Below are positions 11,969 to 23,524 of a DNA stretch of 64,000 nt, one piece after another (the stretch's first letter is position 1; every line of letters starts with the position of its first letter). Under the pieces are notes generated by a model that had not been told where the DNA came from, ran no database searches, and was given only the letters and a program-made list of their open reading frames with translations. This DNA is from Lama glama (lineage: Eukaryota), in assembly GCA_028534125.1 (NCBI GenBank), contig CM052817.1, positions 101,806,001 through 101,870,000 on the forward strand. Reading direction: 5' to 3'. The position numbers and the translations under genes were made by a program.

Positions 11969-12401
11969 GGGATGCTGGGGAGTCTGTGTGAGGAAAAGAT
12001 TTGGAGTTCAGCTAGAGAGGTTCGAAACGCTTCTGACCCCAGAAATCGATTCTCATATTGGAGCTTGTGGAAATGATCACGTTTTGAGAGATTCTGGTCT
12101 TGACTGGTCCCAGCATCGGCCACTTCTACATTCTATCTTTCTTTATTTCTCCTTGATGTTAGAGCCTTTCGAGCACCAATGAACAAGGTAGCTGACTTGA
12201 GGAGGGATCATAAGGGTTGGATGTGCTTGCTACTTGATGCCTGACTTTCTCTAGCATCTCTCTCTGTGTCTTCTCCATCAACAAACACATCCTCCAAGTA
12301 GAAATTAAGAATCTTAAGTGTTATTGTCTTGTAAAGGTTATGCATTTGGTGGAATATAATCTCTTTCTCGTTCTGTCTGTACACGCGTGTGCTTGCACAG
12401 A

Positions 12402-12423
12402 CACACACACACACACACACACA
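12402..12423. repeat. (CA)n microsatellite
   Basis: Directly visible. Confidence 0.95.
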
Positions 12424-13084
12424 TGCAAGACTTGAGCCAATGAATCTGGGTCTAAATTGTGTTCTGCTGCATCGACGGAAAAGGACACTTTCAAAAGTGT
12501 TCATTCATGATCCGGTGACTCACTGAGGAGTGGCTTTCCTGGTCTTGTATACATGATCAGGCCTCTTTGATCTGGTAACTCCATCATTTTGAAAAACTTT
12601 AATTTTTTCCAAAACAGAAGAAAAATGCAGTTTGCTTTTTGGAGCAGAGAGAGTGGCGAGGCGAGTTCTTTATGAGTTCTTGCAAAATACAAGGCACAGC
12701 AGCCCAGGAAGGAGAGGGCAACTATAGGCCACCTGTTGACAGCTTTCTGGACAAATTGGAAAAGTGTGTTCCAGCGAGAGTTGCGATTGACAATGGATAA
12801 AACCACATCCTCTACAGAAAACATGAAACTTGGGAGTGGGAGAGATTTTATTTCCTCGTCCAATCATCAGGATTGCAGAGCTCAAAACCCGAGCGAGCGC
12901 AGTGAAGTGTTTGGTGCTAGAAGATGTGTCATTTTCATTCCTGTCTGCTCATTGCGTAGAGGGCCAACGCATTTTAATTTAGGATTACTAGCACTAGATG
13001 ATCTTCGCAAAAAGGGGCAATTCTTACTGCACCTATTGTAAGGGGCATTCCGTGGTCATCCTTTTTTTTTTTAAATAACAACTG

Positions 13085-13354
13085 ATTGTGCCAAAGGGAA
13101 AAGGGCAGGGAGGAATAAATTAAAGGTTGGGGATTGACAGACACACATTACTATATATAAAATAAATAAACAACAAGGACCTAATGTAGAGCACAGGGAA
13201 CTATATTCAATTTCTTGTAATGACATATAATAGAAAAGAATCTGAAAAGAGAAAAATGTGTGTGTATGTATATGTATAACTGAATCACTTTGCTGTACAC
13301 CTGAAACTAACATTGTAAATCAACTACACGTCAATGAAAAATCTAAAAAAAAAA
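13085..13354 (+). mobile_element. L1 3' end (5'-truncated) with A-tail
   Basis: 'agcacagggaactatattcaa', 'ataactgaatcactttgctgtacacctgaaactaac', poly(A). Confidence 0.9.
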
Positions 13355-14556
13355 TTTACATACCACAGGACAGGAACTACTCCTCCCACCATTTCAAGCA
13401 GCTCAACAGTGTCGCACTCAGCGGGAGATATTTGGTTATCCAGCTCGAATATTCCACTTTTGTCCAAAGTCTGTGGTGTAATCCATTTGGAGTTTGGTTT
13501 GAGGTCTGCCGTGCCTGGCGACTCAGAACTGGGGTCTGATATCACACGTGTGCGTGGCTTGTGCACACATGCTGACTCAACAGTGGGTCTCTTCTTCACT
13601 TGCAGGTGGTAACCCTCAGTTACAGGACTCAGCCCTCAGTGGAATCCAGTCTGGTTCCCTGAAGCCCTGTGTCCTTCCCTAGAGTAGTTTGGTAATGACA
13701 CTTTATACCTTTGCACCCATGATCTAGCATGACTCTTCACTGAGATCACATTTTGAGTCCCCAAATATGTCTAGAAGAAATAGACTGTATTTCAAAAATA
13801 AGTAGGAAGAAAGAGTTAACTCCTGTTGGTGTGTTCATGTATTTTAACAACATTTCTAAAGACCTTGCTTCGTGTTTTAAGCATTGATTTTCCTTTAGCA
13901 CCCAGCCAATAGTCAGTGCCATCTTCATTTTAGCAAGGAGACTGGTTGCTCAGACACCAGCATCTTACCTCATGGCCAGGACCGGCCCTTCAGCCTGTGG
14001 GAGGGTCGGGACTCCTAACCTATAGATATTATTCCTTTAATCACTAACCGTGTATTTTCCATGACCGCCTTCAGTTCACGCTCCACAAACATTAGCCAGG
14101 TAACAAACAGAAAATACGACATTGAAAAAAAATCAGAACTTATACTTTTTGGCACATCTGATTCTTACAAGGGGTGGTGGGGGGAGGGGGTGGGAGACCT
14201 TTCCAACAGCATCTGGACATAAAAATGAACCGCCTAATCAGAACAAGGCTTTTTGAAAGAAGAAAAAGTATTTCTTATTTACTTTAGGTGCCTGTAGTTT
14301 CAAACTTGAGAGTTTTATATAAAATATCTGAAAAAGAAACAGAGGGTGTAATCAATGTGCTATACATCGGGCAGTTACATAACTTTGTTGAAAAGGAAAA
14401 GGAAGAAAGCCCTGAGGTCTGATTGTGTGAGACACTGAGTCATGAGAGAAGGAGAAAAGAGAAAGAAGGTAAAAGCTCGTTTTTGCATGTTTTGTTTTTT
14501 CCTCCCCAGTCTTGGCAGATGCCGAGGTTAGTTATAAACAAGGCCTGTCTGAAATC

Positions 14557-14796
14557 TTTTTTTTTAACTGAAGTATGGTCAGTTTACAATGTTGTGTCAG
14601 TTTCTGGTGTACACCATCATGTTTCAGTCATATATATACATACATATATTCGTTTTGATATTCTTTTTATTATAGGTTACTACAAGACATTGAATATAGT
14701 TCCCTGTGCTATATAGAAGAAACTTGTTATCTTTTTTTATATATAGTATTTAGTATCTGCAAATTTTGAACTCCCAATTTATCCCTTCCAGCCCCT
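14557..14796 (-). mobile_element. L1 3' end (5'-truncated)
   Basis: Poly(T) then 'aactgaagtatggtcagtttacaatgttg...ttccctgtgctata'. Confidence 0.9.
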
Positions 14797-16587
14797 TAAT
14801 TTTGTTTATAATTTAGCAAATTTATTTTTAATATGGATATTGTTATAGCAAAACATAAAATTAAATGATGAAAGTTTCTTCTAAGAGTACAATTTAACTT
14901 CATCCTAAAAAAGTTCATCTATTTATTTATTTAATTTTTTAAAATTTTATTTTGTTGAGTTATAATCAGTTTACACTGTTGTGTCAATTTCCAGTGTAGA
15001 GCACAATTTTTCAGTTATACATGAACATATGTATATTCATTGTCACATTCTTTTGCACTGTGAGCTATCACAAGATCTTGTATATATTTCCCTGTGCTAT
15101 ACAGTATAATCTTGTTTATCTATTCGACATATGCCTGTCACTATCTACAAATCTCGAACTCCCAATCTGTCCCTTCCCACCTCCCTCCCCACTGGCAACC
15201 ACAAGTTTGTATTCTCTGTCTATGAGTCTGTTTCTTTTTTGTACTTATGTTCATTTTGTCTTTTTCTTTTTTTTTTCATCTATTTTTTAAAAACTATACA
15301 TACTCAGGTGAAAAAAGGCTCTTTGACTTAAACTTACGAATTCAGAGTTAAACTCATGACTTCAGAATTAAACTCTAGAAATAAATGCTATGGCCATCTA
15401 AAAGTTTATATTGACAAACTGCATACATTTTCAAATTATAATGCAATATTTGTACACAGAATAACTACATATATATAACTTCACTTACATTGCTGATATA
15501 TAATAGTTATCCAAACTGTCTTGAGAAATGAGGTTTAATATAGATTCAAACTAAGTAGAAGATCAGTTTCAACTACAGCATTTCTTTCACAACTGGTAAG
15601 AGATAATCCAGACATTTGCTGAATATAAAAAAAGCCCCATGCTTCGTCATCTCTGGGAATTTCAACATACTTTAGGTGACCCTGAAGGAGCTCACTGCTG
15701 TGCTCGCTGGTCAAGTTGGAGGAGCTCTGGTCCAGAGGAGGGGACTGCCCTCCATCCACTGGCCTCAGCGCAACTCAGGTGGGGATCTGGCTGAGTAAGT
15801 GAGTGCAGCCTGGCAGTCTGGGAGGCCTGAGTGGAGGGGAGGGGACAGCACAGCTTTAACACGAGGGCCCACTCCTGGGAAAAGGACCATCAGGACTCGA
15901 TGCTTGGTCCCCTGGCTGGTTTGTAAAAGCCCCTTGTGATGTGCTGATTCTCATGACCTCTTCCAGGAACTTTAGCACTGTTAGCATCTCCGCCATCTCT
16001 TCTCATTATAGACTGCAGGGATCTCTCTCTCTTCAGTTCTTGGACAAGAAAATTGATTTCCTTCCTCGAGCTCAGGTTGACCATCGTCAACTTCCTGTAA
16101 GTGTCAGCGAGGCTGGGTATGTTTACTGGCTCCTCCTCCAGCCTGGTGTTCCTTACAGTTGTCTCCATCCTGGCGCACTCCTTTTTAGCCACACACAGCT
16201 TGTCGATGAGGTGGCATTTCTCCTCAATCTGTGCAGCCAGTGTTTCTGCCAGTTGCTTTTCATGTCTTCTATTAAGTTGACTTCTGATTGAACAAATCTG
16301 CAAGTAAATAACACACCCACCAACAAGGTGAGGACAGACCTCAACGTTGTCTCCCAGCGGAGGCTCGGGAACATGAGCTGAGAACACAGGCCATTGGGCA
16401 GCAGCAACACCAGGACTGCACTTTGGGCACTAAGGATCTGCCCAAAGCCAAGCTCCACAGAGGATGGCAGCCCCTCCAGGGCACTGGCCCACCCAGGGCT
16501 CTGCCCAGTTACCGTGGATCCACCGGCCACAACAAGCCCCAGGGGACACCCCAACATTCCACCTGGAACCCAGCCAGCAACTGACAT
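14797..16587 (-). pseudogene. Processed pseudogene of a cTAGE5/MIA2-family (CTAGE-like) gene; reconstructed CDS 16587-15856 plus 3' UTR
   Basis: ATG at 16587. Reconstructed protein 'LRWETTLRSVLTLLVGVLFTCRFVQS / IRSQLNRRHEKQLAETLAAQIEEKCHLIDKL...EINFLVQELKRERS / EEMAEMLTVLKFLEE' aligns by eye with cTAGE5 'FPWELVICAAVVGFFAVLFFLWRSFRSVRSRLYVGREKKLA...LIEEK...EILCLEKELKEEKS...ELMADISKRIQSLED'. No introns; two frameshifts (~16287, ~16003); TAA at 15858-15856; AATAAA (tttatt ~14822) near the 3' end. Confidence 0.8.
14925..15274 (-). mobile_element. Young L1 3' end inserted in the retrocopy 3' UTR
   Basis: TSD TTCATCTATTT at 14914-14924 and 15275-15285; L1 3' UTR sequence. Confidence 0.9.
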
Positions 16588-16962
16588 CCTGGATCGGTCA
16601 GTTATCCAGTCAGTGTCTGAGCCTTCCCAGCCCCTTCGAAGAAGATTTTACAGGGATCGCTTCACTTGTGCTCACTTTCCTCCTGTCATTAGTGAACCTC
16701 TGTCCCTTGAGATGTTGTGTGAAATCAGTGAGTCTCCTTGGCTTTTGCTCCGGCCTCTCGCATCGCACTGCTCCCTGGGAGCACCTTGGGGGCAACCTTT
16801 GTGTCCACAGGGCATGATGGTGCTAACAGACCCCGGAAAAGGGGAGGTGGATAGCATGCTCTTCCATGGGATTTTTGAATAACCAATTTTATCTCTAATG
16901 TGTTAATATCTTTGTTCAGTTCATTCATAAAGCCAATTTTTCCTTTTTTAAAAGATGTTTAT

Positions 16963-17240
16963 AGAATACAAACTTGTGGTTGCTGGGGGGAGGAGGGTGG
17001 GAAGGGACAGACTGGGAGTTTGAAAATTTGTAGATACTGACAGGTATGCAGAATAGATAAACAAGATTATACTGTATAGCACAGGGAAATGTATACAAGA
17101 TCTTGTGGTAGCTCACGGTGAAAAACAATGTGACAGTGAATATACATATGTTCATGTATAACTGAAAAATTGTGCTCTAACTGGAAATTGACACAACATT
17201 GTAAACTGACTATAAGTCAATAAAATAAAATTAAAAAAAG
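16963..17240 (+). mobile_element. Young L1 3' end
   Basis: Close reverse complement of 14940-15210; imperfect TSD aaaagatgttta / aaaggatattta. Confidence 0.9.
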
Positions 17241-17289
17241 GATATTTAATTCATTTAGATAGACTAGAAAATCATTTGCCAGGTGGCAC

Positions 17290-17360
17290 TGAAGGTTAAC
17301 TTACCTTTTCTGGGTCTCGGTTTCCTCAACTGTAAAAGAAGGATTTGACAAGTTTCTTCC
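17290..17360 (+). mobile_element. MIR core fragment
   Basis: 'ttttctgggtctcggtttcctcaactgtaaaa'. Confidence 0.6.
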
Positions 17361-17889
17361 CATCCGGAGACAATACGAGGCTACATTTAGTTTATTGCTA
17401 ATCCGAACAAATGATCGCATTTTCTCTAGTAAATCGTCAGGGTGACTCTGCTCCTTACCTGGGTGGCCTTGCTAGTTGTTCCGGTCTCATGAGGGCACTG
17501 AGCTGTCAGTGTGGAGGTGACTTCTAAGCCACTCACTGTCTTTGTTAAGTGAATTTTCATTTTTATGTATGCACGTATGTATGTATTTTTTTTAGTTACT
17601 CATCCCTCTATGAACAATACTTAATAGTTCCCCTAAAGAAGTATTGGGGGAAGTCATGAGATAGTCGTAAAATTCTGCATGGTTTTCAGAGCAGCGGCAG
17701 TGAAGGTCGGTTACTCTCAGCAGCAGCTGCTTGCAAAGCTGTGTGATGCCCTTGATGTTAATTGCTTTTGGAGAAGTAACAATGAGTTATTTCTCAAAGT
17801 GTATTTTTTTCCTCCAAATTGAGAGCTTTAAGGGAGTTTTATATTTGGTTCCTTAAATCTGAGCTGTCCCTGGTGACTGACAAGGCCCT

Positions 17890-18350
17890 TGGGCTGACAG
17901 ATCTGACATCATCGCCCACTACCCCGACTCTACGTGCCAGCCACCCTGCCTTCCCTCTGCCCTACAGAGGCTCCCAGCGGTTCCCACGTTAGAGCCTGAG
18001 CATTTCCGCTTGCCTCTGATTGGAATGCTCTGTCCCTAGATTTCTGTGGCTGCCTCTTTCTTGTCATTTGAGGCTCTGCTTAGATGTCACCTTCTCAGAG
18101 AGGGCTTCCATGGCCACCTGATTCAAAACCCCCCACCCCCACTTCACCTCCAGTCCGATCATTGCCACCTTATCACCTGGTTTCATTTCCTTCACAGCAA
18201 CTCATGCTAGGTAAGACAATCTTGTTCACTGATTTGTTTGTTTATTGTTTGTTTCTCCCTTGTAGAATGTTCTTTCCTTGAGCACAAACTTTGTTTGGGT
18301 CACTACCGTACTCAACAAATATTTTCTCAGTGGATAAATGAGTGAATACT
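17890..18350 (+). mobile_element. L2 3' region
   Basis: 'agatgtcaccttctcagagagggcttcc', 'tactcaacaaatattt...ataaatgagtgaat'. Confidence 0.75.
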
Positions 18351-18356
18351 CTATGC

Positions 18357-18800
18357 CACTGCTGTCCAATAGACCTTTCTGCAGTGACGAAAATGTTGTA
18401 TGTTTGCACCATCCAATATGGCAGCCACGAAGTCACACGTGCCTCTCACACACTTGAAATGTGGCTTTTGTAACTAAGCAACTGGATTTTAAGTTTCCCT
18501 TAATTTTCTTTTATTATTTCTCTTTCTATTTCTTTTTTAAAAGTTTTTTATTGATTTATAAGCATTTTACAATGTGTCAAATTCCAGTGTAGAGCACAAT
18601 TTTTCAGTCATACATGAACATATATATATATTCATTGTCACATTTTTTTCTCTGTGAGCTACCTTAAGATCTTGTGTATATTTCCCTGTGCTATACAGTA
18701 TAATCTTGTTTATCTATTCTACAAGTTTTGCTTAATTTTAATTAATCGAAATTTTAAATTGCCACATGTGGCTAGCAGTTACCGTATTGGTCAGAGCAAT
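18357..18800 (+). mobile_element. MER3-type hAT-Charlie MITE interrupted by an L1
   Basis: 'ctgtccaatagacctttctgc...cacttgaaatgtggct' and 'gccacatgtggctagcagttaccgtattgg'. Confidence 0.8.
18508..18722 (-). mobile_element. Young L1 3' end within MER3
   Basis: TSD aagtttcccttaatttt (18491-18507) / aagttttgcttaatttt (18723-18739). Confidence 0.9.
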
Positions 18801-19904
18801 TCTATTCTGCCTTTGGTGTTTAGTGATTAAATCAACAGCAAGATGGGGTTAATAGCAAGAACAGTAGCGACTTTGGAGTGTTTTGTTTTTTTTTTATGAT
18901 ACTTTGTCTTTTTATCTCTCAGTGGAATCAGTGGGGGTAGAAAAACATCCAACAAACTCATGCAAACCCACCTTTTGAAATTCAGTTTTTAGCATCACTG
19001 CATTAGCTGCTGTATGCTTTCCAGGGCCAGCCTCTTTATTATACATTTTGCTTCTGTTAATAACCTATGAATTGTGTGGAGTTATATAACTAACAGCTTC
19101 TTCAAAGATAGGATAGCAAATGGCTTTCAGTGACAAGAGCCCAAACGCACCACTGAGTTTTAAAAAATTCTGCATCTTTTCCGAGAGAGACAGTCACAGT
19201 TACATGGAACCCTTAACTTCAAGGTGCAATTTATGCAGGGAAAGCGAGGGGAACCAACACCCCCATTTGTAGTTCAGTCAGAACAAAGGTCTTTTGTGAA
19301 GAGACTGTTTATGCACCCTCGACACTTTCAAGGCATCGTTTGGGGTGTATTACCTCACAGGTGATTTACATTTTCTGTTTAGTATCACTTCTTTCCCTCA
19401 GTCTGTGGAAGGGGGTTGAATGGAGAATTTTTTCCAGGTTTGCAGCTTTCCACTGCTGAAGCCTGTAGAAGTGCTCCATGTATTTGGAGGTGGGCTGCTA
19501 AGGGAATAATAGTTTTAAGACGGCTGACTCGTCCATCGTTTATCATCATTATATGGTGTCTGTCAACAGAAAACCGTTTCCCAGAATTCCACACGGAGTC
19601 GCTCCACATAGAAGCATGGAGTCTTGTGACAAGAAAAAAGCATTGCAATGAACAGTAATTGGAAAGGGGGTGGGGGAGGATAAACAGAAGCTTTTAGGGC
19701 TAATTCATGGGTGGCGTCATCTCCATTAGCATTGGGACTATTTGACGTGGAGTTCAGAGAACATGACCAGGGCTGGTTTCCATCTGTCATGGTGATTAAT
19801 GGGAGTATTGTTAGGTAATAATAGTTTAATAACATAGCTGGAGCCAAAGAGGCACACCAAAAGTGTATATGTAATTCTAAAACCAAGAGGAACTGTGGAT
19901 AAAA

Positions 19905-20050
19905 TCACAAGAGCCAGGAAATTGGGGTCCTGTTCTCAGCTCTACCACTTAGCAAAGGACAGCGAGGGAGAATTTTTTCTACACTGAAGAGGGTTAAAAT
20001 AGTCTGTCTACTAATGAATGGGGTGAAGAGAGCTGTCTTAATTCTCAGGA
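19905..20050 (+). mobile_element. MIR fragment
   Basis: 'ctgttctcagctctaccacttagc' MIR-like. Confidence 0.45.
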
Positions 20051-22210
20051 AGGATGGCATCTTGGTGATTTTCAGGTACCTACATCTCAAGGACTGAAGA
20101 AGTTTGTTAAACCGTAACTCTTCTGAGATCCAACAGTTGGGATAAGTACAGCCCACACATTGGAGAGGGAAATAGACCCTTCCATGTGTCGACAGATTGG
20201 ATTCATCTTTTCCAAAAAATATCTCAGTTACAATATATGATATGATTCCACAATCAACTCAATGACTATCTACCATTGATTGCAAACCTAAATAGTTAAA
20301 ATCGTCTTGCTTTTCTGGGTCTGCAAGAGGCAAAATTGGGTCAGCTAGGAACAACACATTTCAATGAAGTTGTCCTTTTTCTCAGGTGGCAGCAGCTCTT
20401 GAAGGACCAGAGACCCACATGACCCACGTGTATTCAGAGCCTAGACTATGTGGCCTTTTACACTAGCCTGTTGGAACTTTTCAAGGGAGAAATCACTTTC
20501 CATAGAGACAGCTGGGACGTGAGACTGTTCACCTGTTGGCTTCCCTTTCTGACAAGGGAAGAGCCACCTGACCTAGCAAAGTGCTGTCCAGTTTTTACTC
20601 AGAAGGTTTCCCCTGAATGGAAAGAGCTTTCAACAAGTAAGTGTGGGCTTATGGGAGAGGGGAGGACAGAACCTGGCCACGTGCCTTTCTGGACTGGGCG
20701 GCGTGCTCTGTGGGTTATTGCTCAGTGTTTAGTCCTTCGTGGTATCAAGATAGCTTGAACCCCACTGGGAGGGAGGCAGCCCGACGCACTGAAGCTAACC
20801 AGAGACACCTAACAGTAAGTAAGGGATGGCGATCCAAGGGAAGGAGTTAGAACTTTTGGGGCTTTTGTCCTCAGTGGTTTAGATTACATGTCTTTCCCAT
20901 TTACTATGGCTGATGCTCAGGGAACTGGAAGGAAATTTAAAAGTCCCAGGCCGAGTGTAGGATTTTATTATATTTTTGGAGTGATGGTGGGTTCCTTCTC
21001 TGTGCCCGAGCACAGGTGAATGGCTATCTGTGGGCGGTGGAGGGATCATTTCTACTGACCCAAATCAGGGGACAGGTGGTGCTGGACGTCTGCCGTGGAG
21101 GCTTTTATTTAGGTCTGGTCTCATTCGCGATGTGTGTACACTGTACACAGATGAATGGGGGGTTTGATTTTGGTGCAAGTACCAGGTTTTGTGTTTTCTT
21201 TTCCTTCTCCTGTGTCCATCCAAGGGAAGGAGTTCTGATCAGAATGGATCAAGGTCAAGGATATCACGTGGCCCACAGTACAAGGCTGTGGTGCTTTGGT
21301 GTTAATTGGAGAATGAGTTCAAGGTCTGGACTTGCAGTGGTCTCCTCTTGGACTTGTCCTTCTTAGCTAGCTTGTCCTGCCCTTGAGAGGACGTCAGACC
21401 AGCTCTAGGCTCTGTAAAGCAACTCTCACTTTCCCTTCGTTTCCCTCAGCACTTTCCTTCACTGACCTTTGCTTGTCATCAGAGTGATAGGATGGAGACA
21501 AGCCTTCCATGTGGGCTGGGGGCCAGAGGCCCCACCCTCCCTCTAGCCTTGACATACATAGAAGAACGATCGTGGGGTTTAGAGCAAAGGCCTCTGGGTA
21601 ATGAGTGCCTTTGCCTGGTTGTCTTCTCTGAACAGGCATTGCTCTCAGAAGCACTGAAGGAACTGGCTGGCTTGAAGGATAACAGGCCCCCAGCCATTAT
21701 TCAAATTTCAACTTACCAAGACATGGTTTCTAAAGCAAACACTTTCAGTGTCTATTTCAAGGCTGCTCAAGGTACTCAAATAAACTGCCTCCTAGTTTCT
21801 ACTTCAAGCTGCATGGGCATGGATGGATCTGCCTTGGATCTTAGACTCCAAAACTGTAAGAGGATACAGTGACGTTCCCCTAGTGGTCAAGTCACAGGGA
21901 TGGACACCTTTTTCTCTCTACTGTTCACTCTCTTTTGTTGGATAATTAAAGCTGTGAATCAGCAGAGTTGGCCTGAAGAGTGCAGTGGGCATTGGCTTGA
22001 TGTCAGGTGCTCACCTCTTGGTCCTCCCTCATCAAAGTGCACAGCCATCCAGGTCTTTTCCTTCTAAACTGAAGAGGTTGACGGGGATAATGTCCAAGTT
22101 CCCTTCCATCAATGCAAGGCTGAGATAACCAAGCGGAGAGCCGAGGCCATTTGAAAACTAGTAACCAAAGACTCTTTTGTTTGAAAAACCAACATTAGAG
22201 TGCACGTGCT

Positions 22211-22224
22211 CACACACTCACACA

Positions 22225-22266
<42 letters not shown>
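22211..22266. repeat. (CA)n microsatellite
   Basis: Directly visible. Confidence 0.97.
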
Positions 22267-22268
<2 letters not shown>

Positions 22269-23524
22269 TCTCTAGCTGTTTAGTTTAAAAAGTTAAAGTT
22301 TAGACTCCTTATTAGGTAAGTAATTGGAAGAGTTTCCTATCTGCCGTTAGCTGCAGCAAAGGCATTTTGGGAATGTGTGTGTGTATATTTTACTTGAAAT
22401 TGCTAGATATTACTTTAATTCTTGACTTATTTTTTTAAAGCGAAGACCACACCATCCACAGAACTAGGATAGGTTTTTTTTTTAATATTTTGTAATACAT
22501 TCATTTAATTTTCATGCTTTTCTCTAGAAGCATACTGTATTATTCTTTATATTAAGTGCCTATTCATTCATGTTCATCTCCCCAGGTCCTTGTCTCTCTT
22601 GATGAGCTGTTCTTCTTACTGCTGTCCTGTGCTCAGTTCTCGGAGACCTCTGGGAGGCCAGTGGTAGCATGTGCTGTTGGGACTGTGGATGTGACCCCCC
22701 TTCTGACCTGTTCTTCGGCCAGAGCCAATGCCCTTTCTCCACCACTGGCCACAAGCGAGCCCAGGGGAATATGGATGGCTCTGTGCAAATCCACTGCCAC
22801 TGTTGGAAACAACAGTTCGAAGTGGGCTTTCCCCTTCTGATGATGGGTGGGTAATAATGAGATCATTGTTGTCAGGCTAAGAAAATATGAGAGTTTGCCA
22901 GGAAAAATTGTTTTAGCTTCCCCCAATAACAGTCACATGCAGAGAGCTGGCAAAGGGCAGCAGAGGGAGGCCGCTTCTCTTGCTTCTCTTGTCTGAGTTC
23001 CTTCAGATCCACCCTGATTGTTTTCTACCGCTGGACATAGAACATTGTCTAGTCACGGCTAGTGTACCAGAACGGACACTTACCGAGTCCCAGATACTCC
23101 TGCAGAGCAAGATGCTTGCTCCCCAGTGTAGCAGTTCCAGGAAAAAAGGCTCCAAATGTGACCTCCATTCTCCAGTTATGACCTATTATTATACTTTACA
23201 CTATTACAATTTCTTGACTGAAGGCAGTTCTCCCTTATTAGTATGTGATGGTTATTGGTGTGTTATACCATAAAGCTAAGAGTTTGAAAGTTTCCAGAGC
23301 TTTATTCCTTTCTGGGCAGGAGTTGCTGAAGATTTTTGATCTAGAATTTTTTGGTGAGAAATTGGTAGAAGAATCTGTTATGGAGAAGAGGGTTCTGGTA
23401 ACCCTACCACTAAACTCTTTCCCAGAGAGAGAAAATGAACAAGTCAATACTGGAGAATATGATTAAGTATTTTTAAAGCTGTGAAAGTTTAGAGGTATGT
23501 GATTAGAAAGAAATTGCCCCCTTT

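Noticed and set aside
16394..16882. 162-aa plus-strand ORF
   Set aside because: Non-ATG start, antisense to the GC-rich retrocopy 5' region; no recognisable homology
14925..17240. Inverted L1 ends flanking the cTAGE-like retrocopy, resembling a composite transposon
   Set aside because: Each L1 end has its own TSD, so these are independent insertions
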